64,000 nt of DNA from Catajapyx aquilonaris (lineage: Eukaryota): positions 62,001 to 126,000 of the forward strand of contig JYFJ02000277.1 of the NCBI GenBank assembly GCA_000934665.2, given 5' to 3'. A program made the position numbers and the translations under genes. The notes beneath the pieces were generated by a model. The model had not been told where the DNA came from. It saw only the letters and a list, made by a program, of their open reading frames with translations, and made no database searches. This document shows positions 1 to 12,865 of the stretch, piece after piece. Numbering within the stretch: position 1 is the stretch's first letter; each line of letters begins with the position of its first letter.

Positions 1-3000
1 TGTACGCTCAATTCATCAGTGTTTCTAACCAGCTGCAAAAGGAAAAAGAAGCAAATATAAGGCTTCATAACAACCTGAATGCCCTCATTAATGTGAGTTC
101 ATAGCCTATATTTTCATGACGTTTTAAAGAGGACATTGAAATTCAAGTTTACATAAGTTATGGGAAAAATTTTATACATCCTTTTTGCATTTTAGAGGGA
201 AGTGTATGCTTATGCAGTGTAAATTTTTCATGTGTGGAATATGGAATAAAATAAATTAATGCTTAAATAAGTACTGAGTGGCATGGTATTGCCAATTTGC
301 AAAAATTTCAACAGCATAAGGAGAGAATATTTTATTGCGTGGGTGATAAAAAGGTAATATGCAGTGATCGTAATCCTGCACAATTTTAATAGGAAAGATT
401 GTGAAAGTGGGGCTGGAGGATGTGGTAAGCAATAAGTAGCCAATCTACCCAGTAGTTCATCGAACAAAATTTTGCTGTTCATTGCCATTGCCCTCCGAAC
501 ATTCAATGAACTCTCTTCGGTTGCAATTTTTTACATTTAAAAACTTGTTTGTTGAATTTTGATTGCTCGATTTTAAAACATATCCATGGACTGAAGAGAA
601 TAGAAACACATTGGCCAAAAATCATTATTATTATTATTTTATTTCTTTTAGGCCCTCCATAATGTACTCCGTGCATAATCACTAATGTCACATTATATGT
701 CATAACTTGAACTATTTTTGATGTCTGTGCTATGAAAGGTCAAACACAAACTTTTTTTCTTTTTACTCATATGCATTTATTCCTTTTTTAAAATTTTATT
801 CCCCTTGTGGCACACTTCAACTGATCATTTTAAGCATGTTATTTTTACTTTTACATAATTTTTAGGCTTAGCACTATTGCATATTTAATGTATGATCATG
901 TGAACATATATTTTAAGGCTTTTTTATATGCACTAGCAAATGAAGAAAGCCTGTGATTTACTTTATGGATGAGGTCTGAAATTGAACCTGTCATATTAGT
1001 AAGGTGTAACTGTAACAACTCGTCATAACAATACTAACTTGGTTCTTTTTTTGTATTCATGAACAGGAAATAGAAAAAAGTGCTCCTGCTTTAAAGGAAC
1101 AGCATGCAGCCTACTACGAGTCGCAGGAGAAGATAGCTGAGATTACTTCATTGCTGGAAAAAGCAAATAAAGAAAATAGCATACTGCTTGCAGAGAAACA
1201 GAAACATGAGGCTGAAAAAGCAACACTGGAGCAAAGCAATCAGGATCTTTCTTCACAGGTGCAAACACTCCTTCAGGAAGTAGAAAATTTGAACAAAAAG
1301 GTCGTCTGTGAGCAGCTGTATCCTCCTGAATTCAGCATATCTTTTTATACGCCTTCTCAGGTACATACTTTTATTTCTCAGCATATTTTGTGTAGTACAG
1401 TATGCATGTGGTGCAGTGGCATTTGTAGTGGCTTGAAGTTTAGGCCAGGGAAAAGGGAATGGTGCAGTTGAGAGAAGGAGGAAAAAGCGAGCTTTTTTCC
1501 CCATAAGAAAACATGTGCTCCATTGTAAGAGCCATCTGCAGTGGCCAGAATGCTGAACTGTTTCCTTCTTTTCAAACGATGTGTTATACTGTATTGTGTG
1601 TCGTAACTATAACACTAGTTTTTCTATACCCCTGCAGAAAAAAGCGTCAGGCTGGGTGGGAAGCCAGTGGGGGATGGCCTAGCTCTTTCACGTCCTCGAT
1701 GTCACTGAAGTTCTGACCTGCCATGTCCAAAGAGATGTTAGACAGAGTAAAACCATCTCTTTGGTCCAAAAAAGAAGCACCTGGCAGGTCATAAGTGACA
1801 TCGAGGAAGTGAAAGAGCTAGGCCATATCCCCCACTGGCTTCTCACCCAGCCTGACACTTTTTTCTGCAGGGGCATGGAAAAACTAGTGTCATGCTGGGA
1901 CAGATGCACCTATAAGTGTATGGTGACTATGTCTAAAATTAGAGAAAGAGTTGCCCTTTCATATGTATATCTCAGTTTCAGTTTCTCTAGTGAAACTTAT
2001 GAATTTAAAAAAGTTTTCAATTACTTTCTCATTCACCCTTGTATGTATATCCCCTGAATTATATGTGGGTTGAGATAAGCTCCTGAGACATCTTGAATTT
2101 CTTTTCAGGAAGTTATAACTAAGACATTGATCACTTTCAAGAATATCAAAGAGATGCAGCAACAAAACAAGAAACTTGTGCAAGCCATTCGTGCACTGGC
2201 TAACGAGAAAGATGCCAAAGACATGGTGAGGATACATGAGACTTCAACACTCAAGGAGGAGCTGAAGCAGACCATGAGACAGCTGGAAGAGTTAAGAAAA
2301 TCATGCGTAAATTTGAAAAAAGAGGTTCTCATCGGGGCCCAGAAGGACTCATCAGCTGCAGAAACTAGCGTGAGCATTTAATTGTCTTTTTCAAAAATAT
2401 TAATTTCTTAGGTTCTCATTCTCATTCACTAGAATTTCTGGATATCTAATTTATATTCATCCTGAGTATAACAAGTAGTATACTGATGTGTTAATGGAAA
2501 ACAATTTAAGAGCTGATTTCCAATTGTCCATATAATTTCAATTTTTGTTACATTCAAAGTGCAAGGCATTGCTCATTGCTGACTCTATGTGCAGGAGCAC
2601 ATGTTACCTTAAAATGGAAATAAATTTCTCAGAATCATACACTTGCAATAATCCAAAAGGCCACAAATCTAGTAATGTTTTGCTTTCCAAATGGCTGTCA
2701 ATCCATTTGAACCAATCATAGAGCCAATTTTACGCCATGATTGTGACACTCTGTCTGCAGACAAAATAAAAAACGGGGGTGGAATGATCGTTGTACTACT
2801 AGTTACTTCTAACTTTACCAGTGTATTGCAATGGTACTGCTAAGTTGGCACTTGGCAGTAAATAGTAATATGACGAAAATTCCACCACTCTGTAGGTAAT
2901 GTAATTTATTATGTGTACTAAGTGCATGGAATTTTTTTCGCCTTTGAGAGACTATTCCTAAATGCCCTTTGTCATTAGTTGTGTAGAGCAGCAAACATAG

Positions 3001-6000
3001 TGATGACTGGTACTGCAATGACTGAAAAAGAATGACAAAAAAAACTGCAAACACATAAATTACTACAGTAAAGGTATGCTGTTTATGGTACTGGGTACAT
3101 AACAGCTGTTCCTGCAAATGTACCAAGGGGCACAATATTATTTATTTATTTACATTACCCCGTGATAGGGCCATGTAGGGGGGTGGAATACCACCATTTT
3201 CCCTGCAATTTTCTGATTTTTCTTCTAACTCCGGTGCAAGGATGAAAGGACATGGGGTAAGGATAGGGATTTTTGGGGAGGGGACACAGGTGGAAGTGCA
3301 ATGTCGGAAATGGGTCGTGTGCAGTCCCCCAGAAGGCTAGATTGCCAAGACGCCTTCTTAGACGCGGGCAGAGACCCACTGATGCAGGCGGAAGGGAAAT
3401 CCCGGGCGGGGATCGAACCAGGGACCTTTCGCTCAGCAAGCCGAGACGTTACCATCTCGGCCACCGCGCCTTCCCCCAATATTTACCTTTTTAAATTGCA
3501 AGTATGTTACTGGAACTGTGATTATGTATTTTTATTCAACCAGACTAACAACACTGTACCACTGGCTGCCCTAAATCAACTGAAAGAGAATTTTGAGGCA
3601 CACAAGAAAGATATGCAGAATGTGGTCAAAAAACTGCAAGAAAAACTTGGGGAGATGAATCAAGAAGCGTGCAACTACAAGTAAGTCAGTCTTCCATTCC
3701 AAATGTAAAGAGCAGATGTGGCAAATTCACTTTTGCTCCTAGTGAATAGGAGTGGTCATACGGTCACATGGTAATATGCACATTATATCCTGGAGAACCA
3801 TATTTAACAGGCATGCCTTGAGCAATCACTATTATTGCTGTTACCTCAAGAAGTTCAGGCCTGATGATTGGTAGTTCCAGAGTTACTGTGTAGCTACTGT
3901 AGGTTGGAAACATTCTTTAAAAATCGTATTGTCGTCGGCAATGCAAAACCTTGTAACTCGCAATTTGGCCGAAATAGAGTTACTCATGCAGTTGTGAAAA
4001 ATTGTCCCCATCGACCTGCAAAACTTCGTATTCTCTGGAGTCTGGACTAATAAAACTGGGTGTTTCGGTCCCGTTGCAAAACCACTCCTCCGATAGCCCA
4101 CCGAGATCAGAGGCAAGACCTCGTATTTCGTTCACCAGCCACAATGGCTGCCGTTCCTGTTGGTGATCACATAGGCTTAAGTAAGGCAGTTACCACACCT
4201 ACACTTATGCCCATGAGGTACTGCACCTCTTCATGACGACAGGATTAAGTTTTGTCTAACAATAATGATGCAATCAACCCACAAAGAAAAGTTAATATAT
4301 AGGAGGTTTTGCAAGACACTCGTCTACCGGGTAAGCAGAAATTTCGCGAGGTTTTGCACGAACATGTTTTCCTTGCCCTGTAAAATGACATTATTGTGAG
4401 ACACGAGGGTTTGCATCGCCGACGACGCTATGTGGCCCAAGCTGGCTACTGTCAGGAAGTTCATGGTTGTAAACAATCAACTCATTGTTGCACTTTTTGT
4501 CTAGTCTGGATAATCATCAAATATTGTTACTTTCCAATGGTGTTTGGAGAATCATAATGAAGCTTTTCCTAATAGCTCAGCTGAACTAAACACATGTTAG
4601 TACCATCATAATAATTATAATGACTTTTCCTACTTTATTTCAGGTTGACTGCCTCCAAGGCTTCATGCGAATTGGATAATTTGACCCTTAGGTACAAGAC
4701 CATGCAAGAAGAATTTATAACAAACAAGAGTAAGCTGCTGAATGAGAGGAAGAGGCTAAAAACGACCATTCATGGAAAAGAACAAACCGTGCTGACCATG
4801 AAAGGTGAAGTGCTGGAAATCACTTGCCAGCTGTCCAGTGCTCAAAGAGAGTTACGGCAGATGCACGAGGAAAATGTGCGCTGGAGGGAGGCCGTGGAAT
4901 CCCAAATGAAAGAGATATCATATCTTGAGAAACAGAAGAAACACTCAGAAGGCAGACTGATAGCTGAGGTGGATAGCATGCAGAAGCAAATTGCCAATGC
5001 CCACATGCAAGAGATGAGGGTAAGCAATCTGGAGAACCAACTGCAAGAGGAGAAAGTCAAATTCCTAGAAATGGAAGCATCAAAAGATGATGCAATACAC
5101 AAACTGAATGGGAGTCTTGAGCAGGAGATAAAAAAGAGTGAGAATATTCGTGGAGAATTGGAAAATTTGCACCAGCGCAGTGAATATCTACAAAAGGAGA
5201 AGGATGGACTTCATGCTGAAGTAAACAGAATGACGGCACTGGAGATGGAACTGCAGGGGAAATACTCTTCAGTAGAGGTTCAAAATGTGCAATTGGAAGC
5301 TAGGTATATAAAGTCATGGCAATTTTATTCTGTAGTGCATTAGCAATTCAAAGTACTACTCACCAGTCAAATTTCTTTCTTCATCCTTCATGATTCCAGC
5401 TTGATCAATACTGGTTTGCCCCCTGCGTTGAAATTGTAATCATTGAATCGGTAATATACATTTTTAAAATTCTTAAAACCACTTTGTTGATGTAGTGGTA
5501 CTGACAGCCCTTTTATAATCGGTACCATAGTTGGATCATGCATGAATTAGTGATGATACACTTGTATTTGCTGATTGATATAAGGTGTCATAAAATTTAA
5601 AAAGTCGTTACATGCCAGATTTAATGAGTTTGTAGTCACATAATGATGAACCTCTTTCAGGTTGGCAGAAGTAGAACAGTCACATGCGACACTAATGCAA
5701 GAGGGGGAAAAGCTTAAAGCCCAAAAGGCACAGCTACGTGCAACCCTGAGCAAACTTCTGAAGAGAGAGACAGCAGCTAAGTCTCATTTCATGAAGAATA
5801 TGGAGAAGTTGAAGTCATTACAAACTGAGATGGATGTTTCGCAAATCCAGTACAAATGTGCTGTTGAGAGAGCAGACCATATGGAAAAGGTAGTCTACAT
5901 ATATTGACAATGATGCATGGAATGCTAACACCTGACAGATTATGACCTGGTTACACCATTTGTGGTATGCTTTATTCTTGTTAGGGGCCTGCAAATTGTT

Positions 6001-9000
6001 TAATTATCATCCACAATTCTCACCCCGCCAATTATTAATAGCAAGAATAAACGCACTAGCTGTACAACTGAGGCTGAATTACAGCGAAACCTGTCTGTAA
6101 TGTACGGAAAACGAGAGAATGATCTGACGTCACTGTTTCTTCCATTGTTGCTTTTTGTTGACACTCTTTACTCATATTGTTATGTGAGAATATTTCCATG
6201 GAAACCTTTATGAGGTCAGATCGTTCTCTTATTTTCCGTTCATTAGCAGAGTCACGTGTTGTGCAAAGTCATTATACTGTACTGAACTGGCGTCCATTAC
6301 AAAATTATATATATGACCAAGAATCATTGAAATTCTATTATATGACAAAACAATAGTTTCGTAGGTTAATGGACACACCCCACTGAATGTAGGGATCATT
6401 TTATATACTGTAGGTATCATTAGACAGGAGACAGGGAAAAGTATTACATGATTCCAAAGCTGAATTAATTTATATTTTATTTTATTTTCATGAATTCTGA
6501 ATTAGTGTATACTCTAACATGGCGAAACAATCTTTTTAAACATAACAGCTTGCTCACGAAACCAACAAGGAGAAACTGAAGCAAGAGCGCATTGCGGAGG
6601 AAGCGAATGCGGCATACAAGAGAGAGGTAGACTCCCATGCTGCCGTCATGAATAACTTGAAAAGCATGCAACAGGAACAGGACAGATTGACAGAGAAGTT
6701 GGGCCAAGTGAACAAGGAGAAACATTTGCTGTACAAGAAACTGACAAAGCTGGCCGCTACAATTGCTTCCCCACAAACACCTGCATCACAAAGTGAGGGG
6801 CTGAACACATCAGATACTCTGGAATCCTGCATCTCCCAGGAGATCAGGGGTGACGATCTGTCTACAGAAGCTCCAAAAGCAGAAAACATAGGAAATTCCC
6901 AGAAACTGATCGAAGCAGGTGACTCTCAACGTGAAGATACACCCAAGGTAGTAATGGTACGTGGAAATGAATTTCCTGTCATTTAAAAATTACCACATAG
7001 GTGTCACGTACTCCATGCTCAATATGAGTCCTAATACGAGGTGTTCCAAATTATCTAGGTGTTTACTGATTATTTGCAGCCCATTTATTGTATTTAGGTG
7101 TGATATAATGTGAATATTGTCTTAAAGCAAGGATAGGAGCTTAGTAGGGTTCAAAGTCGATTGGATTGCCTATACATTCCATGGATGAATTATTGCTAAT
7201 TACTGAAATGTGCTGAAAGTACTGCAGCAATGTGAATGAGCAATATATCGTTTTTGGCCATATGTGACATGACATACATTATGTATTAGGGTTATTCAAG
7301 TGAGAATGAATGGAGGGGCATATTCGAAAGATATTGCATCATATCTTAAAAATAATCTCTGCTACCACTAATTATAAGGCACTGTGACACCAGACGTTCG
7401 ACACCTCTTCCTGAGAATAATGTGGGTTTTTCTGGAGGAACCATTCCCGAAGAGCATACTTCACCGCTGTGTCTGAGTGAAATCTGTGACCCTGCAGACG
7501 CGTCTGCACAGCTGCCCAAAAATGTTGAAATTACATATATACAAAATATGGACTTAATGTCAGATGCTGCAGTGCGTGTTTACCATCTGAATCTGAAAAA
7601 GCAGTACTTGATGATTTCAGGAATGGTTCTATCAACATCTTAGCTATGAAAGGGGAATGCCTGGTGTCACAGTGGAATAAGTACTTTAATAGCTACAGTT
7701 ATTATTTTTAAGTTACATTGCAATATCTCCTTAATATGCCTTTTGCTTATTTTCATTTGAAAGACCCTTATACGTGTGATCCATGTCAACTGCCATAGGT
7801 TTCTGTGAAGTATACTAGTTGCTTAGTGTGAATACACCATATGTTCTGTTCATGTTAGAGTGAATATAGTATAGCTTTGTACTGGTATATACTTATTGTA
7901 TAAGCTTCAGGAGCTTTTCTTGTTACAGGATGAACTCGAAGATGGGTGTATGTTACGCACCCTGAGGACCCTCCATGAAGTAGCACTGCGTCTGAAGCTT
8001 CAAAACTACAACCTAAGGACCCAAAAATGCAAACTCAGTCAGGAATTGAAGGATGCAAAAGCGCAGCTGGCAGCAAGACGGGAGCAGCAAGAACTGATGA
8101 CTGTCCAGATGAAGGCTTATTCGGAAGATCAGGAAATGACAACCCAACTAAAGAGTGAGCTTGAACTGATGAGGACTCGAGAGATCCAACTAGCCCAGGA
8201 ATTGAAAACTGCAACAGAACTGGCCACCAGCAGGGAGAATGAACTGGCTGCTGCCCAGAAGGCCATGGTAGATGAGAAATTGGCAACACAGGCGGCTCAT
8301 AGAAATCTTGAGCTAGTGAAGAGCCGAGAGGCCCAACTGACCCAGGAATTAAAGAAGACAATAGCGCTGGCAGCGGCAAGGAAGCAAGAACTGATGAAGC
8401 TTCGAAAGTACATGCAGGCTCAAGCCCAGATGTTACAGGCAGCCCGGAAGAAAGTAGATCTAGCAACTGCACAAATGGCCTTACTCGAGCAGGAATTGCA
8501 GGATGAGAGAGCACTTGCAGCCACCAAGGCACAAGAACTGACAGCTACACAGACCATTCAGGTTCAGGGTTTGATGCCACAGTCAGCTGACAGGGAGCCC
8601 GAACTTATGAAAGGCCAAGAAGTGGATTTGTCCCAAGAATTGGAAAATGCAAAAGCACTGGCAGCCAGCAGGGAGGAAGAGCTGACGAAAGCCCAGGAGA
8701 AAAATAAGGTTCAAACACGAATGACACAGGCAGCCATGAAGAAGATAGAGCAAATAACTGCACAAGAGGCCAAACTGGCACAGGAGTTGAAGAATACCAA
8801 AGTACTTGCATCTAACTTGGAGCAAGACTTGAAGACTGCCCAGAAGGCATTGCAGGAGCAGGAATTGACATCACAAGCAGCTGGCAGGGAACAAGAGCAT
8901 ATGAAAACCCAAGAGAACTTGCTCACTCAGGAATTGCATAAGTTTAAAGCACTTGCAGCCGAAATGAACCAAGAACTGACAAAAGCCCAGGAGACCATAA

Positions 9001-11292
9001 AGGTTGAAGCGCAAATGGCGCAGGCAGCCAGGATGAAGGTAGAGCAAACGTGTGAACGAGAGACCTCACTGCTTGAGGAATTGATGAGTGCTAGAGCACT
9101 GGCCACCACAAAGGACCAAGAAAATAAAGTACTAGCATACAAAGTATGTGAGCTGAAGAAGGTTGGACGCAAATACAGGATGCGGTATACGGAGCTGCTT
9201 AAGTTGGAACAGGGGCAGAAATGTGAAGAAAATCTGAACAACACAAGTGCTGCAGAAGATCAACTCAAATTGGAGGAACAAAATGCTGACGAACTCAAAA
9301 ATCAGGTGGGATATGTGAATCGAATGTACGGTGTGGTAGCACGGTGCCTGAGTTTGTGGTTCAAAGTGTAGTAATGGTGGAATAAGTTGATGAATTATAA
9401 TAATGTAAGCCAACTTAGCAGCCATCTACTGTATTAGAGTGCATTTGCACATTATTCCATTGTTGCAGAATCTTTGTTTCAAGTTTAAGATGAAAACTGT
9501 CAATTTCACTCATTCACACAGACAAAATATCATATTAAAATTGGTAGGAATGCTATTCAAGAAAACTTTCACAACAGTTAGATGCATGCAAACTGCCGAG
9601 TTTGTCCTAGGATCACGCTGCTACTTTTGGCAGACAAAATTGTGCGATGTGGTACAAAAAAATGTTGGAATTCTAGTTCAACTGGACGTAATTGAAGCAA
9701 TGACTGGTGATAAATGTGGCCTTATTATGCTGCTCCTATAATTGCTGGTTACTAGGATAACAATTCATAAATTCTTCCTCTGCATGTCTCTCGAGAGTCT
9801 TTAACTGGGAACTATAGGCATCACACTACCCTTGCTGTGTATTGTGGAAGCATTACAGCATTGACTTATTGCGATCATGCTGTTTTCATTTATTTTTACA
9901 GCAGGGGGCACGTCAAGTGTTACTTGAGAGCGAGCAGCCGAAGCAAAAGATTACGTCACTCTCAGCACTGAATTTGACTAAATTCACAGAAGATAAGGCA
10001 AGAGATAAGGGCACACAAATCGAGGTGGAAATCTTAAATCCCCTGGTCACACAGAGAGGAAAGGAGAATGTTGCGTTCACTGGTCCCGAAGAGAATCAGG
10101 TGATTGTGAAGAGTGAGCCAAGTGAGGAGCAGCAGGCGGAGGTGGAGTGTATTTACGGCAGTGTTGGTACAAGTACCTCATTTGTGGATTTGAAGAGGAA
10201 AAGGGAACACGACACAGCCTGTCAGGAAGAAGAGAGTGCAAACAAGAGGAAGGGTGGTGCTGCATGGAAGGAGAGCTCCAGTGCTGTTGGTGTCACTAAA
10301 GATATTCCACTAATTATACTGTCGAGTGATTCCTCTGCAAGCAGTGACGAGGAATTATCGGTAAGTCCTTTCAACTTTCAAGCCTTAATGTACACTGTGC
10401 AAGAAACTATTTCCTTTGTAAAAATATATTCATGATGATAATGGAATGGACAGGTAAATAACACATACTATATAGGATGATTCCTGAGCTGTGCGACATT
10501 TTCTTTGAGAAATAACTTGAATGTTTAGATGCAGAATCCCACATCATCTGATATCTAGCAAGTGTGTGAATCATTTGAAGTCACGTCTGTGTGACTATTT
10601 CCAGAAAGATGGGGTAACCAAAGCACACAATAATTTTCACATGTTGGAAAAGAGCATGCTGCATGAAATCTAAACTGTCATTGAAAACCTTATGTTTTTT
10701 ATGGAACTGACTAGACCTCTCCAGACTATATTATGAAGGAGTGGTATTATTATCTTGTAAGCGGGTAGTTTCATTTGTGTGTATTTTTCATTCTTTCATT
10801 CAGGAGCCACCACCACGCGATGGCAGGAAAAGTCATGTACCTGATGATAAGGAAGAGGCAGATGGTGATTCAGGGAGTGATTCAGAGAGTCGTAGTAGTG
10901 AAAGTGGTGAATGTACAGATGAGGAAGACGAGAGAGAAGAAGGAGAGTGGGAAGAGGAAGAGGAGGAGGAGGATTTTGAAGAAGGTGAGTGCAAAACAGA
11001 GGAGAAGGAAGATATGAAAGAAGCAGAGGATGAGGTAGAGCTGGTGGAGGAGGAAGAGGAAGAAGACGACGAAGATGTTGACGAAGAGGAGGAGGAGGTT
11101 GATGAGGAAGAGGAGGAGGTGGAGGAAGAGGAAGACGAGGAAGAGGGAGAGGATGAGAAGGATAATGGTTTCAAGAAAGTCGAGTACAAAACAAGGGAGC
11201 AAGAGAAAGAGAAGGAGGCAGCAGAGAGTGACAGCGAGCAAGAACAGGACGAAGGAGGTGATGAGAAAGGCAATAAGGAGTTTAATGGATAA
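1..11292 (+). CDS. TPR: Nucleoprotein TPR/Megator-like coiled-coil protein, multi-exon, 5' end outside the window, strongly diverged
   Basis: Inferred GT-AG exons: ~1-92, 1067-1300, 2109-2369, 3544-3680, 4644-5302, 5661-5889, 6549-6947, 7929-9305, 9902/9905-10360, 10804-11292 (stop). TPR-like segments: EIEKSAPALKEQ (cf. EVEAKAPILKRQ), EVITKTLITFKNIKEMQQQNKKLVQAIRAL (cf. [30 protein letters not shown]), ANAAYKREVDSHAA (cf. AQNKYERELMLHAA), ELKKVGRKYRMRYTEL (cf. QVKKIGRRYKTQYEEL), followed by an Asp/Glu-rich tail. Confidence 0.85.
1612..2043 (+). mobile_element. Mariner-type transposon 3' remnant with an internal inverted duplication, in a TPR intron
   Basis: Translates to WLLTQPDTFFCRGMEKLVSCWDRC..GDYV, matching the mariner transposase C-terminal pattern (GI.KLV.RW.KC...GDYVE). 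TIR-like end TTACTTTCTCATTCACCCTTGTA at ~2021-2043. Bases 1612-1723 are approximately the reverse complement of 1782-1890. Confidence 0.75.
3140..3477 (-). mobile_element. tRNA-headed SINE
   Basis: Minus strand begins GGCGCGGTGGCCGAGATGG (A box), has GGTTCGATCCC (B box), ends CCCTATCACGGGGTAA plus an (AAAT)n tail. Possible short TSD CAATATT. Confidence 0.8.
3927..4430. mobile_element. Non-autonomous DNA element (MITE-like) with ~35-bp imperfect terminal inverted repeats
   Basis: Left GTCGTCGGCAATGCAAAACCTTGTAACTCGCAAT versus reverse complement of the right end GTCGTCGGCGATGCAAACCCTCGTGTCTCACAAT. No clear TSD. Confidence 0.6.
8034..9121 (+). repeat. Coding tandem repeat of ~49 aa (about 8 units) within the TPR-like exon
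   Basis: Recurring LxQELK/E..xALAAxREQEL...QAA units in ORF 7896-9371. The spacing between LAQEL and LTQEL starts is 49 aa. Confidence 0.85.
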
Positions 11293-11447
11293 TAATATAA
11301 TAATGGAGCAATATGTGCAAGGAAGCGTGAGCAGCGCTGCTCACGCTTCCTTGCACATATTGCTCCATTATTATATTATTATTCATTAAACACTCGCTGT
11401 CATTATTAGATATGCACATAATTATCTAATAATGACAGCGAGTGTTT
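11280..11447. repeat. Loop-less palindrome (56-bp arms, one mismatch) followed by a second 25-bp perfect hairpin
   Basis: Centre at GCAGC|GCTGC (11335/11336). Arms 11280-11335 and 11336-11391, perfect over 47 bp. Second hairpin has arms 11388-11412 and 11423-11447 with a 10-nt loop. Confidence 0.95.
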
Positions 11448-12865
11448 TAAGAATTTAGTAAATGCATGTTGGTATCCAAGCTGACAAATTTGGACATAGA
11501 CGCAAGAGTGATAAATCCGTGATAAATAATCCATAATATTTCCATTAAATAATGGGTGTTTGCAACTTGGATGCTTTATTATGAACACAAAATATCACTT
11601 TAGTGACATGCATTTTTTACCTGTCAGGTATCAATATGGGCATGCTGGTGATAAAATAATATCGTTGTGCCTAAACTCACATCAGATAAATGGAATATTT
11701 ACATCCTGTCATAAACCTCAACTAATCCATGCCAAGCGCATTATTCGGGGCACTGAACCAATATTTTGGAGAAGTTATATTTTTTCTGGAGTAAGATATT
11801 TTCTGCACCTATTGCATGGCCTATTCTCGTGTCCATTTCCAGCCTATGACGAGCTTATACTTGCTATCAGGAGAGCTTGTCGAACGTGTAGTTGTTGTGC
11901 CTGGCAACAGTCATATGGTTCCCTATCACAGTACTTCTTGAGATTCACTAAATTAAATCATTGCATTATTGGCACTACTTGGCAGAAAAACCAGTGGTGC
12001 CTGTCAGCAGGGAGCATTGCACATATTTGCTGTTCACTGCAAACGTTGTTATTGAACAGTAGTATACCTTCAGGAATTAAAATATTCTTGGACATGATAT
12101 ATTATGTGGGTTGCTGTGGATGACCGAGTTTTATATACATGCAGCTAAATATTATAGATGCTCTTTCCTCGAACATGCACTGACTCCACCGTATTATTAA
12201 TCTTGCATTGCAGTGAAGTTATTTCATGAGCAACGATAATTTTGATCCCCGTGAAGCAGAGACCTTTGTGAGACACATTATATTGTTCCAAATTAGAGCT
12301 TTACGTGTGTTTTTCGCATAAGTGCAACTTATTGTCACTTTCCTTTCAGATGAAGATGTTCCGATGGAGTAGCCGGAAGATACAAGTATGTTATTCACTG
12401 TCGGCACAACAGACCACTTCGCATCAGGTTTAAGGTTGGCTTAAAATCTTAAATAGTAGTAATTCATTGCAATATATAGTGACATTTGCAAGGAATAAAA
12501 TGGACCAATTGATTCCAGGTGCAAGATGACGCGGACAGCAACAAATTCTGCTGACCTCTGCCATCAGGTGCTGTTTGCACATTAACCTCAGCATCTATTC
12601 ATTCTGTTGTTGTATGTATAGTTGGATGAAAGTGGCATTGTTCCAGTGAAATATACGGGTATTTTTGCCAGAGGCAAAGAGAATGTGCAGTTATTATTTC
12701 CCACCGGAATGTGACTGAATTGTACTGAACTCTATCAGTTTGGTATGTTTCTTCCAGAATTCAGCAGACATTTGGGGCGTCCAAGATGGTGAGTTCAGCT
12801 GAAGGAAACGGTTGACATGCACGTGCATTTATTAATCACCATTTTAAATTCACCCTATAGAAATT

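Noticed and set aside
3400..3477. tRNA genes here and at ~15645-15715 and ~25855-25927
   Set aside because: A/B boxes are present, but each continues into a SINE body and shared tail, two with clear TSDs. No convincing full cloverleaf.
10833..11273. Ser-rich and Leu/Phe-rich minus-strand ORFs and an Arg-rich alternative-frame ORF
   Set aside because: These are shadows of the GAR-rich acidic TPR exon.
11560..12123. 187-aa ORF downstream of TPR
   Set aside because: Non-ATG start, no recognisable motif and no supporting splice structure.
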